Counted from the first letter of the stretch, positions 30,714-40,910 are shown. The stretch is DNA of 64,000 nucleotides from Myxococcales bacterium (GCA_037445065.1 JBBILD010000011.1:80505-144504); one strand, 5' to 3'. The notes: generated by a model not told the origin, from the sequence alone. Translations and numbers: made by a program.

Positions 30714-31433
30714 CTAACGCGAGAGGTTCGGGCACACACCTAAGGCCCCGTGTCGCACGGCAGCCGAGTAGCTCAGGATCTGCATTCCGTTTTCGCTGAA
30801 GCCGCCCACGTTGAGGATGCCGCGGTCCACGGTCCGCGAACTGGACCAGTCCCATTGCGCGGAAAGTAAGCGTTCCTTGCGCAACAGCCAAAACACCAAA
30901 AGATCGTACACGATTTCTACGGCACGCCGGCGCCGCACGCTCCACCCGTCTTGCGTCCACGGCGAGGCCCACTCATCTAAGACCTTCGTTTGCTCATCGT
31001 AGGTGCGGTTGAATGTGCGAGACAGGGGCTTGCGGGTCACCACCGCCCATCCCACGGTGGGCGTTTCGGTTCGCGCCAACGGTTCGAGTAGGATCCCCCA
31101 TTCTTCTTTGAGCTGGTAACCAACTTTTTCTAGAAAGCGCCGATCGAACGCTTGTGGATAACGTTCGATCATGGCGGCAATGGTGAGAGGTTTGCCGTCC
31201 ATCTGGCGAATACGCGGCACCAAGAGCATGTCACCACGGGCGATGGCGTCGAGCGGCTTCGGCAGGTCCCCGCCTTTTTCGGCTGCCTTTTGCGCAAGCC
31301 GGAATTCCTCGCTGGAAAACGGTAAATCTTGCGGTATCTCGGCGGCGCCTGGAAACACGCTCTGGAGTTCTTCGGGGGCAATGAACTGCTCGCCGAGGAC
31401 AAGGCGCAATGATTCCAGCCGAGTGAATTTCAT
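30714..31433 (-). CDS. Hypothetical protein (239 aa)
   Basis: Long ORF with no recognised domain. Divergent from dgt. Confidence 0.5.
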   Translation of the reverse strand: MKFTRLESLRLVLGEQFIAPEELQSVFPGAAEIPQDLPFSSEEFRLAQKAAEKGGDLPKPLDAIARGDMLLVPRIRQMDGKPLTIAAMIERYPQAFDRRFLEKVGYQLKEEWGILLEPLARTETPTVGWAVVTRKPLSRTFNRTYDEQTKVLDEWASPWTQDGWSVRRRRAVEIVYDLLVFWLLRKERLLSAQWDWSSSRTVDRGILNVGGFSENGMQILSYSAAVRHGALGVCPNLSR

Positions 31434-31484
31434 TGGCGCCGTATAGCAAAGTGCGGTTACGGCTCAACCAAAGGGGGACTCGCC

Positions 31485-32684
31485 TTGCTTGCGGTGCCAC
31501 CCGGGTCGTATAAACCGCCTGCTTTGTGGGCGGAGCGAAAAGATCTCGAGCAATGGGAGGATCGCTGGCTTGCGCCGTGGGCAGTGCGTACCGCGGCCTC
31601 GCGCGGTCGGCAGGTCCTGGAACAGGAGCACGCGTTTCGCCTCGCATTTCAGCGCGATCGCGATCGGATCATTCACTCCACTGCCTTTCGCAGGTTGGAG
31701 TACAAGACGCAGGTGTTCGTCAACCACGAGGGCGATTACTACCGGACGCGCCTTACCCACACGATGGAAGCAGCGCAGATTGCTCGCACCTTGGCGCAGG
31801 CGCTGCGCTTGAATCAGGACTTGGCTGAGGCCATCGCCCTCGCTCACGACTTAGGCCATACGCCCTTCGGCCATGCTGGTGAGCGGGTGCTGCATGAATT
31901 GATGAAACCGTACGGGGGCTTCGAGCACAACGCGCAGAGTTTGCGCATCGTGGAATTGCTCGAAGAGCGCTACCCGCAGTTTCGCGGTCTCAATCTCACG
32001 TGGGAGGTCCGAGAGGGGATTGTCAAGCACTCGCTTCCGTACGACAAGCCGCTGGCCGAGCGGTTCGACCCCGGTCAGGCCCCGTCGCTGGAGGCGCAGT
32101 TGGTAGATTACGCCGACGAGATCGCGTACAACACCCACGATATTGATGACGGGCTCAAGTCCGGCTTGCTTTCGCCAGAGCAACTCCATGAGGTCGCCCT
32201 GTGGCGCGAGGTGTTCGACGAGGTGCGCCGAGAACATCCTGCGGCGGGTTTCCGCATCTGGCGGTATCAGGCCCAGCGGCGGCTGATTGATCTTCTAGTT
32301 ACAGATCTCATCGCGGCCGTGAGCCGCCGGATCGAGGAGGAGAGAATCACCTCGCTCGAGGACGTGCGCGACTACAAGAAACCCTTAGTTGCCTTCAGTG
32401 TGGAGCTGGAGGAGCGCCGCCAGCAGCTCAAGCGCTTTCTGATGGACAATTTGTACCGGCATTACTTGGTCAACCGCATGATGGTCAAAGCCCAGCGGGT
32501 TGTCGCGGAACTGTTTCACGCATACCGCAGCGAGCCCGGGCTTCTGCCGCCGCACATTTTGCGGCGGCGAGAGGAAGAGGGGGAAACCCTGGAGCGAATC
32601 GTGTGCGACTACATCGCAGGGATGACCGACCGCTTTGCGCTGCAAGAACATCGCAAATTGTTCGACCCTCAAGAACGCGTCTGA
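31485..32684 (+). CDS. dgt: dGTP triphosphohydrolase-like HD-domain protein
   Basis: RDRDRIIHSTAFRRLEYKTQVF and HDLGHTPFGH HD motifs. Confidence 0.85.
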   Translation: MLAVPPGSYKPPALWAERKDLEQWEDRWLAPWAVRTAASRGRQVLEQEHAFRLAFQRDRDRIIHSTAFRRLEYKTQVFVNHEGDYYRTRLTHTMEAAQIARTLAQALRLNQDLAEAIALAHDLGHTPFGHAGERVLHELMKPYGGFEHNAQSLRIVELLEERYPQFRGLNLTWEVREGIVKHSLPYDKPLAERFDPGQAPSLEAQLVDYADEIAYNTHDIDDGLKSGLLSPEQLHEVALWREVFDEVRREHPAAGFRIWRYQAQRRLIDLLVTDLIAAVSRRIEEERITSLEDVRDYKKPLVAFSVELEERRQQLKRFLMDNLYRHYLVNRMMVKAQRVVAELFHAYRSEPGLLPPHILRRREEEGETLERIVCDYIAGMTDRFALQEHRKLFDPQERV

Positions 32685-32761
32685 GCAAACCGGGGCGCGT
32701 AGCCTACAGCAACGGCGACTCCGCCCCGGCGAATGCTTCGCTGGGGCAGGCTGGAACAGCG

Positions 32762-33163
32762 TCACTGCGCATCCAACAGTCGCGCCTCGCCACGGGCGTT
32801 GTAATTGACCAGGGGTCGCTCGTCGTTCGCACTGAGGATGGCAACGATTCCCTCGTGCACGTTGTGAGACCACAGTTGCTGCCACTCGTTGGCCAGTTTG
32901 AGGCGATCGAGTCGCGGCACCTTCCGCCATGCTTCCGGATCCACGGCGATTAGGAGAATTCTTCCTTGGCGGCGGACCGAACGGACACCCACCACTTGGC
33001 GTAACTGGGGATCAGCCTGCAGCCGGGCGACGATCTCTTCGGGAGAAATCCAGTGGCCGGGTGCCTGACGGGCGGGGAGGCCCAGCAGCAGAACGAAAGC
33101 GAGCAGCAGCCAACCCGCGGCCTGGCCTCCGATGCGGGCCGCGGGCTGGCGCTTAAGCCTCAC
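32762..33163 (-). CDS. Hypothetical membrane-anchored protein
   Basis: Putative GTG start, then TM helix AAGWLLLAFVLLLGL. The upstream part of the ORF overlaps the 3' end of the large gene and was discarded. Confidence 0.4.
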   Translation of the reverse strand: MRLKRQPAARIGGQAAGWLLLAFVLLLGLPARQAPGHWISPEEIVARLQADPQLRQVVGVRSVRRQGRILLIAVDPEAWRKVPRLDRLKLANEWQQLWSHNVHEGIVAILSANDERPLVNYNARGEARLLDAQ

Positions 33164-36100
33164 GGGTTGGGTGCGGGCGTCGGAGCCGGGGTCGGAAACT
33201 GGATGCGATTCCACGGTAAATGCTCCACGCCTGGCTTTTTGAGTTCCTCTTCGCGCTGCCGTACTCGTTCCCGATCGTCCATGACGCGCGGGCTCTTGCG
33301 ATCGTCTGCCACCGCGCGCGCCGGCAGCAGTTGGTCGAGCAGGCGCGCCCACCAGGAACGCGCAGGCGCCTCAGCCGGGGCAGTAGCGACCATGATCGAA
33401 GGTGCCCCAGAACTCACCGTTGCTGCACCAGCGCTGCACGAAGGGGGCAACGCCGGACAAGTGGGCTCGCCCGTTCCTGGAGAGAGGGTGATGCCGTCGT
33501 ATTCTCCGTTGCCGTCGTGGTCGGCGAAAATCGGGTTCGTGAAACCCCACGGTAACAAGTTCCCAGCAATGGCGTTAACGGCGGGATCGAGCGGAGGAGG
33601 ACCGGTGAGGGGCAAGTTTTGGCTGGCTTCGACGATGTAATAACTGTCCTCAGTCACGGTGTCCGTATAGGTCGCATTGAAGCGCACCACATTGGCGTTG
33701 GTTTGTTCGAACGGGTTGGAGGGGTTGTTGGCGACCGCCGGGGTGGTGGTGGAGTTGAAGCAAGCGAGCACGCAACCGTTCTTGATAATCCGCACTTCTT
33801 CCACCGGGATCCACGGTGCCGCTTGTACCTGAATGTGCAGGTTGATGCTGCTCGCTGACGGACCCACCGTGTCGCCCATTTCCACCGTGGGCCCGCCATT
33901 GTCCGCGGTCACAGTAACGAACGGTCCGCTCGATACGGTCATCTGGCCGTCCAACACTGCTTGGTTGAATTGCTTCACGTCGAGCGCGCCACTGGTCGGC
34001 AAGTCCCCCGCCTTCACGAACGTGCGCGAAAAGCCAGGCAGTTCTTCCACGATCCGGTGGCTATCGGAGACGCCGGTCCCCCAAACGAAATGGCGGGCAC
34101 TGTTCTTTCCGACTTCGATGGCTTGGTTCAGCAGGCTCAGCCAGTCACGGCGCACAAGTTTCAGGTCCGAGATCGTCCCCCGGGTCGCGCCGTTGTGGAT
34201 TTCCATGACATCGAAATCGATGTTCCGTGTGCCGTTCGGGTTCTCGAAGCCGCTGCCACACCCCTGGGTCGCACACAACGTCGGCCGCGGCACGACATTC
34301 AAGTCGAGCAGCACCTGGTTGCAGCCATTTGCGGCGCCAGGAATCGAGCCGCTGTCGCAACCGCACAGACCACCGCCGGTGCACTGCGCGTGAGTGGTGC
34401 ATGAAGTGCCATCGTTCGTGCCCCCGAAACACTTGCTGTTGGAGCATTTTACGGGATACTCCTGGCAAGTATCGATGGCGCCCGGGGGATTGAAGCCAAT
34501 GTTGTCGAACATGCCGATGTTGACCACCCCACCCAACCCGGCACGAGGATGGTTGAGCTGGACGACTTGCTCCCCCAGGTCCACACACGGTGCGCCGCCG
34601 CAGTCCGAGTTCGAGGAGCAGGGCTGGCCCTTTTTCGAGCCACTGGCACATTGAAAATCGGACTGTGCACGGAGGCGGTCGTAAATCACATTGGCGCTGA
34701 CCACTTCGTCTTCGATCGAGCCGGACCGTCGCAAATTCGGGTTGAAGATGGACGGCCAAGCGTTGATGTGGCCCCACCCGTTCGCTGTAAAAGGCTGGTG
34801 GGGGACAGACGTGGTCACCTCCGTTCCGACGATCGAGGCCACGAACGGCTCCATCTTGAGCTTTTTGATGATCGGCGCGTAGTCCGTGTTGATGTCGTGG
34901 TCGGTGGAGACCATGACCTCGAGACCTTCTCCGGCGTAGCTCCGCACCCGCGCCTCGAGCGGTGCAGACGAATCCAAGCTGCGCCCTGAGTGGATGTGGA
35001 AATCGGCTGAAACGAAGCCGGCGGTATCCACCACTCGCTTGATGGTTTGGATGCCGAGGTCGGTTGTGGCCCCACTGGTGATCGTTACCGATGAGACTTG
35101 CTGGGCCGTGTATTCGAGGCCGCGGGAAATCGTGACCGTGTATGTCCCTGGTTTCACGTCCACAACGGCCTTTCCTTTGGCGTCCGTGTAAATCACGTGC
35201 ATCTGTCCGCCACCTTTTTGCACGCCCGGGAAGGAGACGGCCTTCAGGTCAGTGGTGTCTGCGCGGCACAGGTAGCCAGGGTCGCAATCAGAATCCGCGT
35301 TGCAAAGATGGCCACGGCACTTACCGTCGCTTGCACAAACGGTTCCTGTCGGACAACCACTGCTGCACGGAACCGGCACCTTGTTCGTGCAAAGGCGGAA
35401 ACAAGTGTTGCCGCTGCCGCAAGTGCTGTCGTTTGTGCAGGAAGTCGCAAAGTTGTTCGAACACATGCCGGACCGCGTATCGAACTCGAAGGCGGCGAAC
35501 TCGCGCTTCATGTCCGGCGACGGGCTCAGCGAGACTTTTGCCGGGATTCCGGTGTTGCTGTCCGCATCCCGGACTTCGATTTTCAGCCTGCCCGGCTTGG
35601 TAAGTGGAATGGGCGGAATCGCGGTGTTTTGGCCCGCGGTGACCGTGAACGGAGGCGTGACGATGTCGTTTTGTCCGGGCACACTGACCAGCGCCACGTA
35701 GTCCCCTTCGGGCAACTGAATCTTGCTGAAGCTACTCTTGGTGCGCACTGAAGAAATCGGCGCGTTGTCCAGGAGCGCCCACTGCGGACCCAGCCCAGCG
35801 AAAGTGGTCCCACCCACTCGTACAAAGGTGACGGTTCCTTCCACCGGCGAGGCGGGTTGGAATTTCCCAGACACCGTGCCGAGCGACGAGGCAAGCGGAG
35901 TTTGGTTCAGGATGCTCTCCAGGTTGCGCTTGTCGCCCACGACGCTTGCCACGTCGTTTCGTTCGCCGAGGATAAGGCGGCGCTCGAAGGTCCGCGACGC
36001 GTTGTTCGCAAGTGGCGGAGGGCTCACGTTGGGAAAGATCGTGCCGGTGAGAAAGGCCGATTGCAGGCTTTGCATGACAAAGCCAAAAGCGACCTGGGTG

Positions 36101-37047
36101 ATGGTCCCGCCAGCGGCGGGCCCGTTGGAATCGTCGAACCCCTCGCCAGGAATATACCCGTACGCGATTCCCCCCACTTTCTTGTTCCGCGCCATAACCC
36201 CGTCTTTCTGGTCCAGATTCCCAGGGGTGGCAAAGAAGGGGGCTTGGGTGAGTGCAGCCACGATGGCACCAGCGTTACTGAGGTCCAAAATAGGATGTGT
36301 AAAGCCGCGGCCTTTATCCGGAGCGAACGGCACCAGGCCGCGCCCGCCCCATAGCAGCACGTCGAAAATCGGTATGGACTTGGGGCTCCCAGTCAGGTTC
36401 CACACCTCGGTGCGGAGGAAGAGCGTGCGCGGGTTGGCTTTGCAGGCCTTGTAGGTGGTGCGCACGCGGATCGTCGGGTTGGTGCGAGTCGAGCAGAGCG
36501 CACTCGGGGAGTCGCACAGCCCGAGCATGATCCCGTACACGGTAATCGCTGCGCAGTCTTCCTCGCTCGAGGGCAGGGGGCAATTTGGGTTCGAGCTGCC
36601 GACGGTCGCGCACGGGTTGTTCCCACTGGGCACGCCCCAAGGAACCTCGTCCCCTTTCCGGAACAAAAACACGTTTGCCAAGCTCAGGCCGCCGACGTTG
36701 AAGCTCTGCGGCAATTGATCGTTGTGCTTGCCTTTGATGCCTAGGTCGAGCAGGGTACCGCCGGTTTCGACGGCGTTGGAGGAGGTTAGGTCCACCGTTG
36801 CGCTGCCACCGACTGCCGGGATGGTTTCCGTGTCAATGTTGTCAATGATGGCGACCACTTTGCCGTTGGTCAGGGCCCAGTCGCCAATGCCGCCGGCGCT
36901 ATCCGATCCGCCGATGAGCAACGCATTCGCGTTTGTGGGAGTGATCTGTTCTGCCTTGCACGGGCCGCACACTGCCACTGCCGGCTGGCTAGCCAGCAGC
37001 ACTGCCACAAACCCAGCGAGCACCAAGCCCGGTTGTGTCCTGCTCAT
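33160..37047 (-). CDS. Very large secreted Cys-rich protein with a PHP-like (CehA/McbA-type) metallohydrolase domain
   Basis: Signal peptide MSRTQPGLVLAGFVAVLLASQPAVA. PHP-like motifs FHIHSGRSLDS...VMVSTDHD...QLNHPRAG. Several Cys-rich EGF-like segments. About 1295 aa. Confidence 0.75.
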   Translation of the reverse strand: MSRTQPGLVLAGFVAVLLASQPAVAVCGPCKAEQITPTNANALLIGGSDSAGGIGDWALTNGKVVAIIDNIDTETIPAVGGSATVDLTSSNAVETGGTLLDLGIKGKHNDQLPQSFNVGGLSLANVFLFRKGDEVPWGVPSGNNPCATVGSSNPNCPLPSSEEDCAAITVYGIMLGLCDSPSALCSTRTNPTIRVRTTYKACKANPRTLFLRTEVWNLTGSPKSIPIFDVLLWGGRGLVPFAPDKGRGFTHPILDLSNAGAIVAALTQAPFFATPGNLDQKDGVMARNKKVGGIAYGYIPGEGFDDSNGPAAGGTITQVAFGFVMQSLQSAFLTGTIFPNVSPPPLANNASRTFERRLILGERNDVASVVGDKRNLESILNQTPLASSLGTVSGKFQPASPVEGTVTFVRVGGTTFAGLGPQWALLDNAPISSVRTKSSFSKIQLPEGDYVALVSVPGQNDIVTPPFTVTAGQNTAIPPIPLTKPGRLKIEVRDADSNTGIPAKVSLSPSPDMKREFAAFEFDTRSGMCSNNFATSCTNDSTCGSGNTCFRLCTNKVPVPCSSGCPTGTVCASDGKCRGHLCNADSDCDPGYLCRADTTDLKAVSFPGVQKGGGQMHVIYTDAKGKAVVDVKPGTYTVTISRGLEYTAQQVSSVTITSGATTDLGIQTIKRVVDTAGFVSADFHIHSGRSLDSSAPLEARVRSYAGEGLEVMVSTDHDINTDYAPIIKKLKMEPFVASIVGTEVTTSVPHQPFTANGWGHINAWPSIFNPNLRRSGSIEDEVVSANVIYDRLRAQSDFQCASGSKKGQPCSSNSDCGGAPCVDLGEQVVQLNHPRAGLGGVVNIGMFDNIGFNPPGAIDTCQEYPVKCSNSKCFGGTNDGTSCTTHAQCTGGGLCGCDSGSIPGAANGCNQVLLDLNVVPRPTLCATQGCGSGFENPNGTRNIDFDVMEIHNGATRGTISDLKLVRRDWLSLLNQAIEVGKNSARHFVWGTGVSDSHRIVEELPGFSRTFVKAGDLPTSGALDVKQFNQAVLDGQMTVSSGPFVTVTADNGGPTVEMGDTVGPSASSINLHIQVQAAPWIPVEEVRIIKNGCVLACFNSTTTPAVANNPSNPFEQTNANVVRFNATYTDTVTEDSYYIVEASQNLPLTGPPPLDPAVNAIAGNLLPWGFTNPIFADHDGNGEYDGITLSPGTGEPTCPALPPSCSAGAATVSSGAPSIMVATAPAEAPARSWWARLLDQLLPARAVADDRKSPRVMDDRERVRQREEELKKPGVEHLPWNRIQFPTPAPTPAPNP

Positions 37048-37141
37048 GACTCCCTCCTTTGCCCGCAGGCGATCCGCACGGTTCGATCGCCTTGCTTTCA
37101 CTCTTTTGTCTCGCGGTTGTCAATCCGGGTCGTGAACTCTG

Positions 37142-38092
37142 TTGCAGCTTTGGGCCCTGTTGCTAGCTATCGTAGTTGTGACGGAGCAGGACGCGAAAGC
37201 GGAGACTCTGCCCGCTGCTCACCGAGCGGGGTTTGTTGCCATTGTCGGGCGGCCCAATGTGGGCAAGTCAACGCTACTCAACCAGCTCCTTGGGCAGAAG
37301 GTGGCCATTGTGAGTCCGAAGCCGCAAACCACCCGCGGGCGCATTTTGGGGGTTCTGACCAGACCTGGCGTCCAGCTCGCCTTCTTGGACACCCCCGGTT
37401 TGCACGAGGGCCGCGGCCTCCTGAACCAACGCATGGTGCGGCGTGCGCGCGAGGCGATGGAAGAGGCCGACGTCGTTCTCTGGATGTTGGATGCGGTGGA
37501 CGGCGTTACCGCAGAGGACGAAGCGTTAGCGAGAGAGTTGGCAGCGCTCGGTCCTCGCCTTTGCATTGCGCTGAACAAGATCGACAAGCTCAAGAAAAAC
37601 GATTTGCTGCCCATTCTGGCGCGCCTGGACCAGTTGCTGCCAGGCATTGATGTGGTGCCGATCAGCGCTAGCGAGAGGCTCAACTTTGCCGAGCTATTGT
37701 GCGAACTCGAGCGGCGCTTGCCCGAGAGCCCGCCGTTGTACGAGGCGGACCAGTTCACCGATCAGACGGAGAGAGCCTTGGTGGCAGAGATGGTGCGCGA
37801 GCAAGTGATTCTGCAAACCCACCACGAGGTCCCCTACGCGGTGGCAGTGACGGTTGATCGCTTCGAAGACAAGGAAAACGTTACCGTGATTCACGCTACG
37901 ATTCACGTCGAGCGCGAGTCGCAAAAGCCGATTTTGATCGGGCACAAGGGGTCGAAGATCAAAGCCATTGGCCAGGCGGCGCGCAGGGAGATCGAAGCAT
38001 TGCTCGGCCGCAGGGTGTACCTGGAGCTGTTTGTACGCGTGCAAGAGGGCTGGACAAAAGACGAGCGCCGCTTGCGCGAGTTTGGTCTCTGA
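37142..38092 (+). CDS. era: GTPase Era
   Basis: G-motifs GRPNVGKST and DTPG, plus a C-terminal KH domain. The true start may be an alternative codon downstream of 37142, since the first 20 aa are hydrophobic. Confidence 0.85.
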   Translation: MQLWALLLAIVVVTEQDAKAETLPAAHRAGFVAIVGRPNVGKSTLLNQLLGQKVAIVSPKPQTTRGRILGVLTRPGVQLAFLDTPGLHEGRGLLNQRMVRRAREAMEEADVVLWMLDAVDGVTAEDEALARELAALGPRLCIALNKIDKLKKNDLLPILARLDQLLPGIDVVPISASERLNFAELLCELERRLPESPPLYEADQFTDQTERALVAEMVREQVILQTHHEVPYAVAVTVDRFEDKENVTVIHATIHVERESQKPILIGHKGSKIKAIGQAARREIEALLGRRVYLELFVRVQEGWTKDERRLREFGL

Positions 38093-38098
38093 GCCCAC

Positions 38099-38112
38099 CT
38101 GCCCGCGGGCAG
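38099..38112. terminator. Perfect 14-nt GC palindrome between the convergent era and acyl-CoA synthetase stops
   Basis: CTGCCCGCGGGCAG lies exactly between stop codons at 38090 and 38115. It could act as a bidirectional stem-loop. No U-tract. Confidence 0.25.
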
Positions 38113-38114
38113 CG

Positions 38115-39695
38115 TCAAGAGTCGGCAGCGAGCCGCTGCACGGCCAGAGTGCGGAGCGCCGCTTTTTCGATTTTGCCGGTGCCGGTGCGCGGAAGGTCTC
38201 CGTCGGTCACCAGCAACACGTGCCGTGGTACCTTGTAGCTCGCCATCCGTTCCCGGCAGTGGTTAATGATCTCCTCCGGCGTTGCTGAGGCACCCGCGCG
38301 CAGCACGACAAAGGCAACGATGTTTTCGCCACGAACCGGGTGCGGCACGCCGACGACGCAGGCTGTGGCCACCGCAGGGTGAGTTGCCAAAACTTCTTCG
38401 ACTTCTTGAGCGGCGACGTTGACACCCGCGGTCTTGATGACGTCTTTGAGCCGGCCCTCAAAGTGCAAGCGGCCTGCTTCATCAATGCGCCCGAGATCGC
38501 CGGTGTGAAAGTAGCCCGCGGCGTCGAACGCCTCGCTGCGCGCTACCTTATAATATCCTTCCATCAGCGTGGGTCCGCGCACACAGATTTCACCGGTTTG
38601 GCCGGCGGGTAGGGGATCTCCGGTGCCCGGGTCGGCAATCAAGATTTCGGTTCCCGGTAAGGGGCGGCCGGCCGTCTGGGTGCGGATCTCTTCCGGATCG
38701 TCCCAGTGGGCACACGCGACACAGGTGGCGGTTTCGCTGAGTCCGTACATGCCCGCGGCAAAGTGCGGGTGGACGAGCAGGCGTTCGGCGAGAGGATGAG
38801 CAGAGCCCTTTCGCAAGGCTAGCTTGCGCCGGGGGAAGTCCGGGTGGTCCAGGAGCGGGCCAGCTTGGTGCCAGCCGGCCATGATCGTGCACCGTTCGCG
38901 TTCGAGTAAGGCAAGGGCTTCGCCGGCATCGAATCGCTCGTGCAAGACGACTCTGGCCCCGCCGGCCCAGGACGCAAGCAGGCCGAGCACAAAGCCGCCC
39001 GTCCAAAACAGGGGCATGTGTCCCCACCAACAGTCCGTTGCCTCGATCCCCAGCGCCCGAGCGATACGCTGCGCGGAGAGTACAAGCGCTGCGTGACAGT
39101 GTACGACAGCTTTCGGAAGTGCTGTGGTTCCCGAAGTGAAAAAGATCACAGCGCGATCTGCCTCGGAGGCCACATCCCGCAGGGCGCAGAGGGTTGCGTC
39201 CCACTCGTTACCGGCGGACTCCTGACTCCCTTCCTCGCGGAGGTACCTCACCCCGCGCAGGGCGGGAAGTTGGGGTAGAAACAGGGGCTCGTCGGTCGTG
39301 ACTCCGAGGCGAGGATCTATGCTGCTCAGGGTGGCGCGATAGTCGTGCTTCAAGAAGTTCGGAACCGCGTAGAGCCACTGCACATCCGCATGGCGTAGGG
39401 CGTACTCGATTTCTGCTCGCTTCCAGAGTGTAGACAGGGGCACGAGAACGCCACCCAACTCCCACACCGCGAAGGCGTGCACGATCCAGTCGATCCGATT
39501 GGGGCATAAAAGCCCAACGTGCGCCCCACGCGTCACTCCCTGCGCGAGGAGACGGCGGGCGGTCGCACGCACTGCCTGAATGAGCTCGGCCCCGGAAAGA
39601 CGGGCCTGTACTTGTGCCCCGCTGGCCTCAGCGATCATTTCGCGCTCGCCGAACCGTTGGCAGGTCTGCTCGAAAAACTGGCTGAGGGTCGGCAT
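38115..39695 (-). CDS. AMP-dependent acyl-CoA synthetase/ligase
   Basis: AMP-binding motifs FFTSGTTALPKAV and GYYK, with the C-terminal lysine region. Confidence 0.85.
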   Translation of the reverse strand: MPTLSQFFEQTCQRFGEREMIAEASGAQVQARLSGAELIQAVRATARRLLAQGVTRGAHVGLLCPNRIDWIVHAFAVWELGGVLVPLSTLWKRAEIEYALRHADVQWLYAVPNFLKHDYRATLSSIDPRLGVTTDEPLFLPQLPALRGVRYLREEGSQESAGNEWDATLCALRDVASEADRAVIFFTSGTTALPKAVVHCHAALVLSAQRIARALGIEATDCWWGHMPLFWTGGFVLGLLASWAGGARVVLHERFDAGEALALLERERCTIMAGWHQAGPLLDHPDFPRRKLALRKGSAHPLAERLLVHPHFAAGMYGLSETATCVACAHWDDPEEIRTQTAGRPLPGTEILIADPGTGDPLPAGQTGEICVRGPTLMEGYYKVARSEAFDAAGYFHTGDLGRIDEAGRLHFEGRLKDVIKTAGVNVAAQEVEEVLATHPAVATACVVGVPHPVRGENIVAFVVLRAGASATPEEIINHCRERMASYKVPRHVLLVTDGDLPRTGTGKIEKAALRTLAVQRLAADS

Positions 39696-39710
39696 GTTGT
39701 TGGGCGGCGC

Positions 39711-40910
39711 TCAGCCGCAAACCCCAGCCGAGCGTAGCTCCTCGATCTGAGCGGCTGTTTTCCCCAGTTCTCTGAGGCACTCCTCGGTGTGCTGCCCCAA
39801 CTCGGGGGGAGGGATGCGAAGCGAGCCCGGCGTCTCGCTCATCTGGAAGATCACGTTCATCGTCCGGAAGGGCCCGAGGCGGGGGTGGCGCCATTCTGCC
39901 ACCGAGCCCAGGACTTTGAGTTGCTCGAGTTCGAACAACTCTTTGAGGCTGTTCACTTTGCAGGCCGGTACATCGTTGGCGTGGCAAAGAGCAATCCAGT
40001 GTGCGCACGTATTGGTGCGAAAGATCTCCTGCAGTACGGAAACCACTTCTTCGCGGTGCTGGCAGCGCGCGGTGTTGGTGGCAAAACGCGGGTCGGCAAG
40101 CAGATCTTCGCGGCCGAGCGCAATGCACAAGCGTTTGAAAAAGGCGTTGGTCAAGCAAGCAAGGATGAAGTAACCGTCCTGGGCCTCGAAAGCTTGGTAG
40201 GGGACCAGATCGGGGTGCCCGTTGCCGAACTTCGGGTAGTCGTACCCGGTGTTGAGGTAGGCGGTGGAAATGTCTGCCAGTAGGGAGATCACGGCGTCGA
40301 GCATGGACAAGTCGATTTTCTGGCCGAGTCCAGTTTTCTCGCGATGGAAGAGGGCGAGAGCGATCGCGTAAGCGCAGTAAATGCCGGAGGAAATATCGGC
40401 CACTGGGCCGGCTGCCTTGGCGGGCGGGCCACCGGGGAATCCAGTGAGCCCCATCATGCCTCCTGTTGCTTGCAGAACGAGGTCCATCCCGGGTTGTTGC
40501 GCCATCGGCCCGCGGTTTCCGAACGCAGTGATGGAAGCGTAGATTAGGCGCGGGTTGCGGGCGCGCAATTCCTCGTACCCGAGGCCGAGCCGCTCCATCA
40601 CCCCGGGGCGAAAGTTCTCCACCAACACGTCGGCCTGTTGCACCATCTCGCGAATCAGTTCTGCACCGAGCGGGTGTTTGATGTCTACCGCGACCGAGCG
40701 CTTGTTGCGGTTCAAGCCCCAGAAGTTGTAGCTACCGATCTTGGGGTCCGCCCCGCGTGCGTAACGGATGCTGTCACCGCGGCCAGGCTTCTCGATTTTC
40801 CACACATCGGCACCCATGTCTCCGAGCAGCGTGGTGCACCACGGCCCGGCCGCCTGGTGGCTGAGATCAATGACCCGAATCCCTCGCAAAGGTCCGCGAT
40901 TCTCACTCAT
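39711..40910 (-). CDS. Family III CoA-transferase (CaiB/BaiF family)
   Basis: GIRVIDLSHQAAGPWCTTLLGDMGADVWKIE motif. Confidence 0.85.
   Translation of the reverse strand: MSENRGPLRGIRVIDLSHQAAGPWCTTLLGDMGADVWKIEKPGRGDSIRYARGADPKIGSYNFWGLNRNKRSVAVDIKHPLGAELIREMVQQADVLVENFRPGVMERLGLGYEELRARNPRLIYASITAFGNRGPMAQQPGMDLVLQATGGMMGLTGFPGGPPAKAAGPVADISSGIYCAYAIALALFHREKTGLGQKIDLSMLDAVISLLADISTAYLNTGYDYPKFGNGHPDLVPYQAFEAQDGYFILACLTNAFFKRLCIALGREDLLADPRFATNTARCQHREEVVSVLQEIFRTNTCAHWIALCHANDVPACKVNSLKELFELEQLKVLGSVAEWRHPRLGPFRTMNVIFQMSETPGSLRIPPPELGQHTEECLRELGKTAAQIEELRSAGVCG

Noticed and set aside
32685-32761. Possible terminator hairpin between the convergent dgt gene and the hypothetical gene
   Set aside because: Only imperfect stems with long loops are present (CCGGGGCG...CGCCCCGG with a 24-nt loop) and there is no U-tract. 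Not convincing.
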